Assembly: GCA_965277285.1 (NCBI GenBank)
Contig: OZ255721.1
Coordinates: 1,472,001 to 1,536,000 of the forward strand
Direction of reading: 5' to 3'
DNA length: 64,000 nt
Source: Abditibacteriaceae bacterium
GTDB lineage: Bacteria > Armatimonadota > Abditibacteriia > Abditibacteriales > Abditibacteriaceae
The translations under genes and the position numbers were made by a program. The notes under the pieces were generated by a model. That model was not told the origin of the DNA. It saw only the letters and a program-made list of their open reading frames with translations, and ran no database searches. Below are positions 28,763-38,766 of this stretch, in pieces. Position 1 is the first letter of the stretch, and every line of letters begins with the position of its first letter.

Positions 28763-28791
28763 AATCTACCGCAAGGCGAGGCTTTCGTCAA
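28763..28791 (-). promoter_or_regulatory. sigma70 promoter for tRNA-Val/tRNA-Asp
   Basis: TTGACG-17 bp-TAGATT on the minus strand. Confidence 0.6.
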
Positions 28792-28876
28792 GAGCTTGCG
28801 GCAAGAAAATCTCTCAACACAGGGATAGAAACAGTTCGATTTTCCAATCGAGTACTCGATTTCCCTCCATAAGCCC

Positions 28877-28905
28877 TTGTCACGGCGTAGCGAAAACGTT
28901 AGAAT
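28877..28905 (+). promoter_or_regulatory. sigma70 promoter for tRNA-Val(GAC)
   Basis: TTGTCA-17 bp-TAGAAT. Confidence 0.65.
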
Positions 28906-28937
28906 GTCGGTGCATTCGCAATTTCTTATTGCGACCA

Positions 28938-29009
28938 GGGCGATTAGCTCAGGGGTAGAGCACTACGTTGACATCGTAGGGGTCGGAGGTTCAAATCCTC
29001 CATCGCCCA
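28938..29009 (+). tRNA. tRNA-Val(GAC)
   Basis: GGGCGAT acceptor, CTACG-TT-GAC-AT-CGTAG, GTTCAAATC; no encoded CCA. Confidence 0.95.
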
Positions 29010-29268
29010 GTTACCAAAACGGTCTGTATTGAACGTGAATTCACGGTTTGTGGTTGTCCGCATTCTGTTAAAACACCTCGATACAGGCCGTTTTGTTTTA
29101 TTGCGAGTGTCCCCTAACTCTTCTTGCTACCGCGCCTTGAGCGTTTCAACTTTTGACTAACGCGACTTTTGACTAACGCGATCACGTCAAGCAGAGTTCT
29201 GTGTGCGACGCTGTTGCGGCGCTGCGTTTAAGGCGAGGTACTACTTGAATTCAGAACCGGAACCGGAA

Positions 29269-29994
29269 ATGGAGCGCTTCTTCATTGGATGCGCTGGATG
29301 GAGCCTTCCCAAGTCGTACACGCAACACTTTTCGTCATCAGGAAGCCATCTTGAACGCTACGCCGCGCGTTTTCGAGGTGTCGAAATCAACTCGTCGTTC
29401 TACCGTCCGCATCGCCCGCAAACCTACGCAAAATGGGCGTCGTCCGTGCCGCAGCATTTTCGTTTTGCGGTTAAAGTGCCAAAAGTCATCACGCACGAAA
29501 AGCGCCTCAAAAATATCCGCGAGCCGCTCGATAAATTCTTGGATGAAGTAACAGAATTAGGCGACAAACTCGGCCCGTTGCTGGTGCAATTGCCGCCCAG
29601 TTTGGCTTATGAAAAAGATGTCTCCACGAACTTTTTTGGCGTCTTGCGCGAAGTGTTCGCTGGACAAGTCGTGTGCGAACCGCGCCACGCCACATGGTTT
29701 GAACATGAGGCCGATACTCTATTGGAAAAATTTCAAATTGGTCGTGTAGCGGCTGATCCCGCGCTATTGCCACAGGCCTTTGAGCCTGGCGGATGGAAAA
29801 GTCTGGTCTATTATCGACTGCACGGTTCGCCAACAATTTACCGCTCGGCTTATTCGCCTGAATTCTTGGATCACTTAGCGACCAGCCTTCAAAAACAAAG
29901 GCAGCAGCCAATTCCAGCATGGTGCATTTTTGACAACACAGCCGAAGGAGCCGCCACCGGCAACGCTCTCGACCTCATCAAGAGTGTAAGTTGA
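29269..29994 (+). CDS. DUF72 family protein
   Basis: IGCAGWS, VEINSSFYR, FAVKVPKVITH, LVQLPPS, EPRH, YYRLHG, IFDNT. Confidence 0.9.
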   Translation: MERFFIGCAGWSLPKSYTQHFSSSGSHLERYAARFRGVEINSSFYRPHRPQTYAKWASSVPQHFRFAVKVPKVITHEKRLKNIREPLDKFLDEVTELGDKLGPLLVQLPPSLAYEKDVSTNFFGVLREVFAGQVVCEPRHATWFEHEADTLLEKFQIGRVAADPALLPQAFEPGGWKSLVYYRLHGSPTIYRSAYSPEFLDHLATSLQKQRQQPIPAWCIFDNTAEGAATGNALDLIKSVS

Positions 29995-30152
29995 AGTCGG
30001 GCCGATTTTAATCAGCCACTTGGCAACAAGCCGCAGCAATAATCCAAGTGCGGTCGCTTGGAGCGAAGAAATCATCGTGTGCGATACAATTCAAAAGTGT
30101 TTGGCGCATTGCGGCACAATGACTTTTCCATCAATTGAAACGAGAACAAATT

Positions 30153-31142
30153 ATGAACACCAATAACAATCTGCCCATGCGCGTGCTGGGCAAAACAGGC
30201 TTTGAAGTTTCTGAGATCGGCTTTGGCGCGTGGGCGATTGGCGGCAGTTGGGGCGAAGAAGTGGACGAAACAACCGCTTTGGCCGCGCTGCACGCCGCGA
30301 TTGACGCTGGCACCAACTTCATCGACACCGCGGATGTTTATGGCGGAGGACGCAGCGAACGCTTGATCGGCCAATTGCTCAAGGCGCGCAGCGAGCGCAT
30401 TTACGTCGCCACCAAAATGGGGCGCAACAACGGCTGGAACGATTCTTACTCCGCAATCGAAGGAGCAGCGGCGGCTTCGCTCAAAAATCTGGGCGTCGAA
30501 ACGCTCGATTTGGTGCAACTGCATTGTGTTTCGATGGAAACCTTGCGCGGCCCGGTTTGGGAACATCTCGAAACGCTGAAAAGTAAAGGCCTGATTCGTT
30601 TTTACGGCGCCAGCGTGGAAAGCATCGAAGAAGGTTTGCACTGCATCGAGTACTCGAACTGCGCGAGTTTGCAAGTCATCTTCAACATTTTTCGTCAACG
30701 CTTGATCGACGAACTTTTTCCCGCCGCTCAAGCCGCCAATGTCGGACTGATCGCGCGCGTGCCGCTGGCGAGCGGAATCCTGACCGGCAAGTTCGGCAAA
30801 GATCACCAGTTTGCCCCCGATGATCATCGCAACTTCAACGCGGACGGCCAAAGTTTCAACGCGGGCGAAACGTTTGCTGGCGTGCCCTTTGAACGCGGCG
30901 TTGAGTTCGCCGAGAAAATTCGCGCCATCATCGGCGACGATGCGCCGCTCTCAGCCCAAGCTTTGCGCTGGATTTTAGATTTCGAGGCGATTAGCACCGT
31001 CATTCCAGGCGCCAAAACGCCCGCGCAAGCGCAGCAAAATGCCGTCGCCGCGACCTTGCCGCACCTTAATTCCGAAGTTCATGCCGCGCTGCAACAGCTT
31101 TATCGCACTGAAATCGAGCCTTTGATTCGCGGCGCTTATTAA
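30153..31142 (+). CDS. Aldo/keto reductase
   Basis: VSEIGFGAW, FIDTADVYG, DLVQLH, VPLASGILTGK, VIPGAK. Confidence 0.9.
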   Translation: MNTNNNLPMRVLGKTGFEVSEIGFGAWAIGGSWGEEVDETTALAALHAAIDAGTNFIDTADVYGGGRSERLIGQLLKARSERIYVATKMGRNNGWNDSYSAIEGAAAASLKNLGVETLDLVQLHCVSMETLRGPVWEHLETLKSKGLIRFYGASVESIEEGLHCIEYSNCASLQVIFNIFRQRLIDELFPAAQAANVGLIARVPLASGILTGKFGKDHQFAPDDHRNFNADGQSFNAGETFAGVPFERGVEFAEKIRAIIGDDAPLSAQALRWILDFEAISTVIPGAKTPAQAQQNAVAATLPHLNSEVHAALQQLYRTEIEPLIRGAY

Positions 31143-31270
31143 ATTTGGCCTGAAGTGAAACTTTTTACGAAAAAGAACTATCGAGTACTCGATAGCTGCT
31201 AAATCCTTTCGTTAAAAATCGCGCGGCACGCCACAAGTGCAAGTGCAAGTGCAAGTGCAGCAAACCGAAG

Positions 31271-31918
31271 TTAGTCGTCTTGCAGCCAGCCTTGTCGCAG
31301 GGCCAAGCGCACGAGGTCGGCTCGGGACGAGAGTTCCAGTTTTTCCATGCTGCGCGCTTTGTGGGTTTCCACCGTTTTAATGCTCAAGTGCAAGCGTTCG
31401 GCGACTTCGCGGTTGGTGTAGCCGCGAGCGATGTCCGCCAGCACTTCGGCTTCGCGCGCGCTGAGCTTCTCAAGACCGTTGTCGTTGGTGGTTCGCTGAA
31501 CGTAATCGTTGACGACAAGGCTGGTCACGGCGGGGTCGAGATAGGTTCCGCCCGTCATCACGACGCGGATCGCTTTGGTCAATTCTTCGGAGATCGTGCG
31601 TTTGAGAACGTAACCCACAGCGCCCGCTTTGAGCAGTTGCCGCACATGAACAGCGTCGGCGTATCCTGTCAGCACGACGACTTTGACTTGCGGGCAAAGG
31701 GTTTTGAGTCGCTCCGTCGCTTGTGCGCCATTGAGGTGCGGCATCGAAACATCCATCAAGACGACATCCGGCTGCATCGCTTCGATTTGCCGGCACGCGG
31801 TTTCGCCGTCTCCCGCTTCGCCGACGATTTCCATGTCAGGCTGCGAGTTGATAAGCAACTTCAACCCGTCGCGCAACACCGCATGATCGTCCACGACAAA
31901 AATACGCAGTTTCTTCAT
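31271..31918 (-). CDS. NarL/LuxR family response regulator
   Basis: VDDH, LMDVSMP, GYVLK, LSAREAEVL...KTVETHK. Confidence 0.9.
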   Translation of the reverse strand: MKKLRIFVVDDHAVLRDGLKLLINSQPDMEIVGEAGDGETACRQIEAMQPDVVLMDVSMPHLNGAQATERLKTLCPQVKVVVLTGYADAVHVRQLLKAGAVGYVLKRTISEELTKAIRVVMTGGTYLDPAVTSLVVNDYVQRTTNDNGLEKLSAREAEVLADIARGYTNREVAERLHLSIKTVETHKARSMEKLELSSRADLVRLALRQGWLQDD

Positions 31919-31967
31919 GGTTGTTCTCGTTGTAAAAGCGTTGTTGCACACTCTGCGCGGGTTGCGT

Positions 31968-32075
31968 TTGTAGGGACATGGCTTGCTATGTCCGCGACGC
32001 CGTGTTGAATACGACACGAATTGACGTATCAGCGAATATTGTACATAAGGGACATGGCAAGCCATATCCCTACAA
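31968..32075. repeat. GTAG-type REP doublet
   Basis: TTGTAGGGACATGGCTTGCTATGTCC and GGACATGGCAAGCCATATCCCTACAA arms, 2 mismatches. Confidence 0.7.
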
Positions 32076-32178
32076 GTTGTCGTCGTGACAACTTCATCAA
32101 AAAATGCTCTAAGAATCTGTTTTGGAAGTCCTTAGCAAAACAGATTCATAAGAAAGCGCAATTCGAGTACTCGATTCC

Positions 32179-35100
32179 TTACCTTTCATTTTTCCGAGCG
32201 TTCAGCGAGACGCGCGCGTAAACCGTTGTTCCGCTCTCGGGCGACGATTCGATGGTCAGTGTGCCGCCGACAAGCTCCAAGCGTTCCATCATGCCCAGCA
32301 AGCCCAAGCGCTGCGGCATCGGTGACAGGTTGCCGCTTTCGTCGTGCTCGACCTCGAAGCCGCAACCATCGTCTTCCACAATCGCCACGACATCGGCGCC
32401 GCGATGTTCGAGCAGCACGCTGACCTGGCGCGCTTTGGCATGGCGCTGCACGTTGTTCAAGGCTTCCTGCACCACGCGATAAAGCGTTGTGTCCGGCGTC
32501 GTATCCACCGTTGTATCCGGCGTCGTGTCCACGCCCGAAGATGGGCGCGACGCCGAACCCGAACTTCCGCTTGGCGTTGCGCGCGACACGAAGTCGGACT
32601 GAATGGCGCTTTGTTCGCTCCATTCCTGCACATATTGACGCAAGGCGGGTTCCAGACCGAACGTGTCGAGCGCGGCGGGCCGCAATTCCCACGCTAAACG
32701 GTGCATTTGCTCCATCACGCTGTTGGTCATCTCCTGCATATTTTCCACGCGCTGATTGAAAGACGGCGGGCGCAAACCGGTTTCCTGAATATCCGGCAGC
32801 GATTTCAAGCCCATCAGCAAAGCTGTGAGTTGCTGTCCCATCTGGTCGTGCAATTCGCGCGAAATGCACAGGCGTTCTTCTTCCTGGACGGTCACGACGC
32901 GTTGCAGCAGTTGCTCGCGCGCGCGTTCGGCGCGTTGGCGATGCGCCACTTCACGGCGCAGTTCCGCCGTGCGTTCGAGTACTCGTTGCTCCAAATCGTC
33001 GCGCGCCGCCTTGAGTTCGTCTTCCATGCGCTTGCGAATTGTCATGTCGCGCAAAATCTTGGCGAAGCCGCGCACGTCGCCGTTTTCGTCGCGTAATGCC
33101 ATCATCACGCCGCTGGCGAAAAAGCGCTCGCCGTTTTTCTTGACGTGCCAGCGTTCATCGGGCGCGCGGCCTTCGCGCGCGGCAGTTGCGAGTTCCTTTT
33201 GCGGTTCGCCGCGCTCGCAATCTTCGGGCGTAAAAATCAGTGTGGAGTTTTGCCCGATGAACTCGCTTTCTGCGTAACCAAGTACTCGTTCCACGCCGCT
33301 GTTCCAACTGACAATGACGCTATGCGCATCCATCATGTAAATCGCGTAATCTTCGACGCCTTCGATGAAAACGCGGTAACGTTCTTCGCTGGCGCGCAAC
33401 GACGTTTCGGCGGCGTGTTGCGCGCTCATATCGAGCACATATTCGACGTTCTCGTTGGGGGCCAATCGCGTTGCGGCGAACAAGCCCCACCAACGCGAAC
33501 CGTCGGGCCGCTGCATTTCTTTTTCATAAGGCGTGGCGCGCCCATCCGTCTCGAGTTCTGCAATCGCCTGGCGCGTGCGTGGCATCCATTCGGGCAGCGT
33601 AATCTCGGAGGTTTCGATGTGAGCGTTCAACTGCTCGCGCGAAAAGCCAATCATCTTCAAATAAGCGTCGTTGGCGTCGGTCAAAACGCCGTTGTCGTCA
33701 AAGAAAACCACGCCCACAGTTTCGATTTCCAGGGCTTTTTGCAGGCGCGCGCGGTTTTCGCTCAACGCTTCTTCAACGACTTTGCGCTGCGTGATGTCGA
33801 TGATGAACTCCACGCACTCCGATTCGCGTCCGCTGCCGCTGAGCCGCGTCGGTGCGAAAAGTCCCCACCAGCGCGTGCCGTCGGGACGTATCATTTGCTT
33901 TTCATAAGACGGCGATTCGCCTCGCTCGGCGAGATTTTGCGCGATGCGCATCGTCGGCTCGATAAACTCCGTCGCCGTCAGCTTTTCCCAATGCGTCGTG
34001 GTGCGCAACTCTTCCACCGTGTAGCCGCACATACGCCCGAAGGCTTCGTTGGCATCGTGCATTCGCCCGTCGAGGCCGAAGAAAAGCACGCCCACAGTGT
34101 CAATGGAAAGCGCGCGGCGCATACGCCCTTCGCTTTCGCGCAACGCGGCATCGGCGCGATGGCGCTCGAGATATTCTCCGGCTGTCCAGGCCAGCATATC
34201 CATCAAGCGCAGTTCGTGTTCGCTCGGGCGATGCAGATGGCGAAATTGAGTACTGATTACGCCGATGGTTTCTCCCGCGCGGTTCACCATTGGCGTCGAT
34301 TGTGCGGCGCGAATCGCGTCGGCGCAAGCGGCTTCGCCCGCCCCGGTGCCTTCCAAACCGGGGAAACCTGCCGTATCTTCGATGATCAGGCGCTGCCGCT
34401 GAACGCGCGCCACTTCGCATCCCATTTCCAAGCCTTCGTAACGAAAAAAGGAAATGAAAGCACTATCGTCCGCGTAACCTTGCCAGACGAACATTTCCAA
34501 GCGCGCGCCATCGGCGCTGAGCATTTGCACGCAGCCGCGATCGGTTCCGGTGAACTCACAGGCAACCGCGAGCACGTCGCGGAACGCCGCCCTGACATCG
34601 CTTTGATCCGCCAGTTTTGATTGCAGTTCGTAAAGACGACGCATTCCCACCAAATCCGCCGCAATGAGCGATTCTCTTTGCAGCAGCGCTTCTTCATTCT
34701 GTTTGCGCTGCGTGATGTTTTGCGTGATGCCGACGAAACGCGGCTGCCCGTCTGCGCCGTTTTGCAGCGCGCCCTGACTGTGAAACCAGAACGCTTCGCC
34801 GTTGGCGGGATTGACCAGGCGATATTCGGATTCGTAGTGGCCGCCGTTTTCGAGTACTCGATTGATGGCAGCGACCGTCGCTTGAATATCGTCGGGATGA
34901 ATCAACTCGAACGTGCGGTCGATGTTATCGAGCAGAGGAAAACCAACGACGTTTTCCGTGTTGCTCGACCATTCCAAATGGCGCGTTTGCGGATTGATTT
35001 CCCACGAGAAAATTTGTCCCGCGTTCATGGCGATTTGCAAGCGTTCGTTGAGCTTGCGCACTTCGTTTTCCGCGTTGGTGCGGTCTGTCACATCGCGCGT

Positions 35101-35667
35101 CGAACCCGCAACGCGATCAACGGTTTGGCCGTCGTCGCCGAAAACCGGCGCGAAGATGTATTCGTAAAACTTGTTCTCGCCCGCAGGACTGAGAAACGCG
35201 GTGTCGTCGCGCACGGCTTTGCCAAACGCGAAAACTTCCTCGATTTGATTTTGCAAGCGATGGGCTAAAGCGGCGGGATACTCCAGATCGAAGAAGTTTT
35301 TGCCGACGATTTCTTCAAAGGAGATTTGCAGCAAATCGAGCAAAGGCTGATTCGAGTACTCGAAGCGTCCCGCGCGGTTGAAGATATACGCGAAGTCGCT
35401 GATCGAAGTCAGCGTCGTATCGAAAAGCCGCGTTTGCTGTTCCAATTGTGCCGCTAAATCGCGCAGTTCGTTTCCCTGATTTTGGCGCGTCAACGCTTCG
35501 ATTTGAGCTTTCAATTCCCGATTGGCCGCGAGCAGTTTTTCATTGGCCGCCTGCAAGTCTTCGTGGCTGGCACCGCTTTCGTCGGCGTCGGTTGCGCCGC
35601 CATCGAGAAGCGCGGCAAAACTTTGTTCGGAATCGGTTGCAACGAGTTCTTTTTGTGATGGCGTCAT
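32179..35667 (-). CDS. Cytoplasmic multi-PAS/GAF sensor histidine kinase (HisKA_3)
   Basis: Several PAS/PAC repeats; EEERLCISRELHDQMGQ; YRVVQEALNNVQRHA; EDDGCGF; LGLLGM. Confidence 0.9.
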   Translation of the reverse strand: MTPSQKELVATDSEQSFAALLDGGATDADESGASHEDLQAANEKLLAANRELKAQIEALTRQNQGNELRDLAAQLEQQTRLFDTTLTSISDFAYIFNRAGRFEYSNQPLLDLLQISFEEIVGKNFFDLEYPAALAHRLQNQIEEVFAFGKAVRDDTAFLSPAGENKFYEYIFAPVFGDDGQTVDRVAGSTRDVTDRTNAENEVRKLNERLQIAMNAGQIFSWEINPQTRHLEWSSNTENVVGFPLLDNIDRTFELIHPDDIQATVAAINRVLENGGHYESEYRLVNPANGEAFWFHSQGALQNGADGQPRFVGITQNITQRKQNEEALLQRESLIAADLVGMRRLYELQSKLADQSDVRAAFRDVLAVACEFTGTDRGCVQMLSADGARLEMFVWQGYADDSAFISFFRYEGLEMGCEVARVQRQRLIIEDTAGFPGLEGTGAGEAACADAIRAAQSTPMVNRAGETIGVISTQFRHLHRPSEHELRLMDMLAWTAGEYLERHRADAALRESEGRMRRALSIDTVGVLFFGLDGRMHDANEAFGRMCGYTVEELRTTTHWEKLTATEFIEPTMRIAQNLAERGESPSYEKQMIRPDGTRWWGLFAPTRLSGSGRESECVEFIIDITQRKVVEEALSENRARLQKALEIETVGVVFFDDNGVLTDANDAYLKMIGFSREQLNAHIETSEITLPEWMPRTRQAIAELETDGRATPYEKEMQRPDGSRWWGLFAATRLAPNENVEYVLDMSAQHAAETSLRASEERYRVFIEGVEDYAIYMMDAHSVIVSWNSGVERVLGYAESEFIGQNSTLIFTPEDCERGEPQKELATAAREGRAPDERWHVKKNGERFFASGVMMALRDENGDVRGFAKILRDMTIRKRMEDELKAARDDLEQRVLERTAELRREVAHRQRAERAREQLLQRVVTVQEEERLCISRELHDQMGQQLTALLMGLKSLPDIQETGLRPPSFNQRVENMQEMTNSVMEQMHRLAWELRPAALDTFGLEPALRQYVQEWSEQSAIQSDFVSRATPSGSSGSASRPSSGVDTTPDTTVDTTPDTTLYRVVQEALNNVQRHAKARQVSVLLEHRGADVVAIVEDDGCGFEVEHDESGNLSPMPQRLGLLGMMERLELVGGTLTIESSPESGTTVYARVSLNARKNER

Positions 35668-35724
35668 GGCAATTCTCCACCGCACAGTTTACCTTTTAGT
35701 ACGTTGCCGCTTGATGCGGAAGAG

Positions 35725-35799
35725 TCGTAGGGACGCAGATTTCTGCGTCCGTTGTGTGCAAGTTTGAATCAGCGGACGCAGAAATCTGCGTCCCTACGA
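35725..35799. repeat. GTAG-type REP doublet
   Basis: 27-bp perfect inverted repeat TCGTAGGGACGCAGATTTCTGCGTCCG. Confidence 0.75.
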
Positions 35800-36002
35800 G
35801 AACGTATCGAGTACTCGAACCATTGGCCAGCAAAAAGAAAGCAACTTTTCTCAAGAACCGCGTCAAGTCGCGCTGTTTTGGCGAACGCAGTTGGCGCAAC
35901 CATTTCCCTTTCGAGTACTCGATAACGCTCGATTTCGTTGCCGCTCTCTTTGCGCGTGTGCTATCCTGCTATCGGACAATATCACCGGAGGAATCCAAAG
36001 CT

Positions 36003-38702
36003 GTGACTAATCAAACATCGTCGAATGGCGCTTCTGCGTCAACCAATAAACGTGTGTGGCTGTTCCGCGAAGGCAAGAAAGAATTACGCGACCTGTTGGG
36101 CGGCAAAGGCGCCAACCTCGCCGAAATGACCAATATCGGTCTGCCCGTACCGCCCGGCTTCACCGTCACGACCGAAGTCTGTACCGAATATTACGCCAAC
36201 GGCAAAAAAATTCCGGCGGGCCTGATGGACGATGTGCGCGCCGCTGTCGCCGACGTGGAAAAGCAGATCGGCAAAAAGTTCGGCGATACCAAAAATCCGC
36301 TGCTGTTTTCTGTCCGCTCCGGCGCCAAGTTTTCGCTGCCCGGCATGATGGATACCGTACTCAACTTGGGCTTGAACGATGAAGCCGTCGAAGGATTGGT
36401 CGCCGTGACTGGCGGCAATTCGCGCTTCGCCTATGATTCGTATCGCCGCTTCCTGATGATGTTTTCCGACATCACCCTCAAAGCCGATTATCCAGGGCTG
36501 AGCAAAGAAGGTTTCGAGCATATCTTGACCGATCACAAAGCCAAGTTGGGCAAGGTCGAAGACACCGAACTGACGGGCGACGATTGGAAAGCCTTGTGCG
36601 AAATCTACAAAGAGTTTTTCCGCAAGGAAACAGGCCGCGATTTCCCCAGCGATCCGTATGAACAGCTCGAAACGTCGATTACCGCCGTTTTTCGTAGCTG
36701 GAACAACGAGCGCGCGATCATTTATCGCAACAAGGAAAAGATTTCGCACAGCATTGGAACCGCTGTCAACGTGCAGTCGATGGTGTTCGGCAACCTGGGC
36801 GAAGATTCGGGTTCGGGCGTCATGTTCACGCGCAACGCCGCGACTGGCGAAAACGTGATCTACGGCGAATATCTGCCCAACGCGCAGGGCGAAGACGTGG
36901 TTGCTGGCGTGCGCACGCCGAAAGAAATCGCCGAACTGGAGCGCGACAACAAGACGATTTATGATGAATTGATCGCCAACGCACGCCGCCTGGAAGACCA
37001 TTACAAGGACATGCAGGACATCGAGTTCACCATTGAAAAGAACAAACTGTTCATCCTGCAATGCCGCAGCGGAAAGCGCACGGGAACCGCCGCCATTCGC
37101 ATCGCGGTCGAAATGGTGAACGAAGGCTTCATCACCAAAGAAAAAGCCGTGCAAATGGTGGCGCCAGGCGGCTTGGAGCAGGCGCTGCATCCTCGCTTGA
37201 AAGATACCAAAAGCGCGCGCATCATTCTCAAGGGCTTGAACGCAGGCCCGGGCGGCGCTGTCGGCAAAGCGATTTTCTCATCGGAAAAAGCGGCTGAACT
37301 GGGCAAAGACGGCGCGGGCGAAGCCGTCATTTTGTGCTCGCAGGAAACCACGCCGGACGACTTGAAGGGAATGCTGGCGGCGCAAGGAGTACTCACAAGC
37401 CGCGGCGGACGCACTTCTCACGCCGCTCTGGTGGCGCGTCAGTTCGGTATCCCGACAATTTGCGGCTGCTCCGAAATGAGAATGGATGGCCATCACGCGA
37501 CGAGTTTCACCACGCCGGACGGAACCGTCATCAACGAAGGCGACTGGATTACGATTGACGGCAGCGACGGTTTGGTTTACGAAGGCGCGTTGGAAGTCGA
37601 GGAAGCCGGACAAAGCGGCGATTTCGGCACCTTGATGGGCTGGGCCGACGGCTTCCGCACGATGGGCGTTCGCACCAACGCCGACACGCCCGAACAGGCC
37701 GCCGAAGCGATTCGCATGGGCGCCGAAGGTATCGGGCTTTGCCGCACGGAACATATGTTCCTGGAAGAAGATCGCCTGCCGATTGTGCGACGCATGATTT
37801 TGGCGAGCAACGACAGCGAGCGTCAGGCGGCCTTGGACGAATTGCTTCCTGTACAGAAAGAAGATTTCGTCGGCATCTTCCACGCTATGAATGGCAAGCC
37901 GGTCACGGTTCGCTTGATTGATCCGCCGTTGCACGAGTTTTTGCCGAATCAGGTCGAATTGGCGACTGAAGTGGCGACCTTGAAAGCGCAGGGCAAAGCC
38001 GACGCGGAAAAAGAAGCGCTGCTGCGCAAAGTCAACGACTTGCACGAACAAAACCCGATGCTGGGCTTGCGCGGCGTGCGCTTGAGCATCGTCTTTCCAG
38101 GCATCGTCGAAATGCAGGTCGCGGCGATCATCGGCGCTGCGGCGCAGGTCAAGAAAGAAGGAATTGATGTTCATCCCGAAATCATGATTCCTCTGGTCGG
38201 ACACGTCAACGAACTGACGCACGTCAAAAGCCAGCTCGAAGCGATTGCGAAGAAAACGGAGAAGGAAGCTGGCGTCGAAGTGGCGTATATGTTCGGCACC
38301 ATGATCGAAGTGCCGCGCGCCGCTTTGACATCGGAAGAGATCGCCAAAGAAGCGAGTTTCTTCTCGTTCGGCACCAACGACTTGACGCAGATGACGTTTG
38401 GCATGAGCCGCGACGATGCCGGTTCTTTCTTGCCGACGTATATCAAGGAAGAGATTTACAAGGAAGACCCGACGGTTTCGATTGACCAGACCGGCGTTGG
38501 TCGCCTGATGGAAATCTGCGTGGCGGACGCCAAAAAGGTCAACCCAACGATCAAGCTGGGCATTTGCGGCGAACACGGCGGCGACCCCGACAGCGTCAAG
38601 TTCTGCCACAAACTGGGCTTGAACTACGTGAGTTGCAGCCCGAAACGCGTGCCCGTCGCGCGTTTGGCTGCAGCACAAGCGGCATTGGAAGGCACAAAGT
38701 AG
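36003..38702 (+). CDS. ppdK: Pyruvate, phosphate dikinase
   Basis: LLGGKGANLAEM, SVRSGA, GGRTSHAA, GLCRTEHM, FSFGTNDLTQ, GICGEHGG; GGAGG RBS before GTG 36003. Confidence 0.95.
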   Translation: MTNQTSSNGASASTNKRVWLFREGKKELRDLLGGKGANLAEMTNIGLPVPPGFTVTTEVCTEYYANGKKIPAGLMDDVRAAVADVEKQIGKKFGDTKNPLLFSVRSGAKFSLPGMMDTVLNLGLNDEAVEGLVAVTGGNSRFAYDSYRRFLMMFSDITLKADYPGLSKEGFEHILTDHKAKLGKVEDTELTGDDWKALCEIYKEFFRKETGRDFPSDPYEQLETSITAVFRSWNNERAIIYRNKEKISHSIGTAVNVQSMVFGNLGEDSGSGVMFTRNAATGENVIYGEYLPNAQGEDVVAGVRTPKEIAELERDNKTIYDELIANARRLEDHYKDMQDIEFTIEKNKLFILQCRSGKRTGTAAIRIAVEMVNEGFITKEKAVQMVAPGGLEQALHPRLKDTKSARIILKGLNAGPGGAVGKAIFSSEKAAELGKDGAGEAVILCSQETTPDDLKGMLAAQGVLTSRGGRTSHAALVARQFGIPTICGCSEMRMDGHHATSFTTPDGTVINEGDWITIDGSDGLVYEGALEVEEAGQSGDFGTLMGWADGFRTMGVRTNADTPEQAAEAIRMGAEGIGLCRTEHMFLEEDRLPIVRRMILASNDSERQAALDELLPVQKEDFVGIFHAMNGKPVTVRLIDPPLHEFLPNQVELATEVATLKAQGKADAEKEALLRKVNDLHEQNPMLGLRGVRLSIVFPGIVEMQVAAIIGAAAQVKKEGIDVHPEIMIPLVGHVNELTHVKSQLEAIAKKTEKEAGVEVAYMFGTMIEVPRAALTSEEIAKEASFFSFGTNDLTQMTFGMSRDDAGSFLPTYIKEEIYKEDPTVSIDQTGVGRLMEICVADAKKVNPTIKLGICGEHGGDPDSVKFCHKLGLNYVSCSPKRVPVARLAAAQAALEGTK

Positions 38703-38708
38703 TAAGCG

Positions 38709-38747
38709 AAAGGGCAGCCAAGATTATTGAATCTTGGCTGCCCTTTT
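38709..38747 (+). terminator. Rho-independent terminator after ppdK
   Basis: AAAGGGCAGCCAAGATT-attg-AATCTTGGCTGCCCTTTT. Confidence 0.75.
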
Positions 38748-38766
38748 AGCGGAGGTTTCACTAAAT

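Noticed and set aside
35754..36002. N-terminal extension of ppdK, and similar extensions at 8272, 17532, 32065, 50651, 52074, 59893 and 63991
   Set aside because: They read through REPs, palindromes or upstream genes; downstream starts have better RBSs or family-typical N-termini
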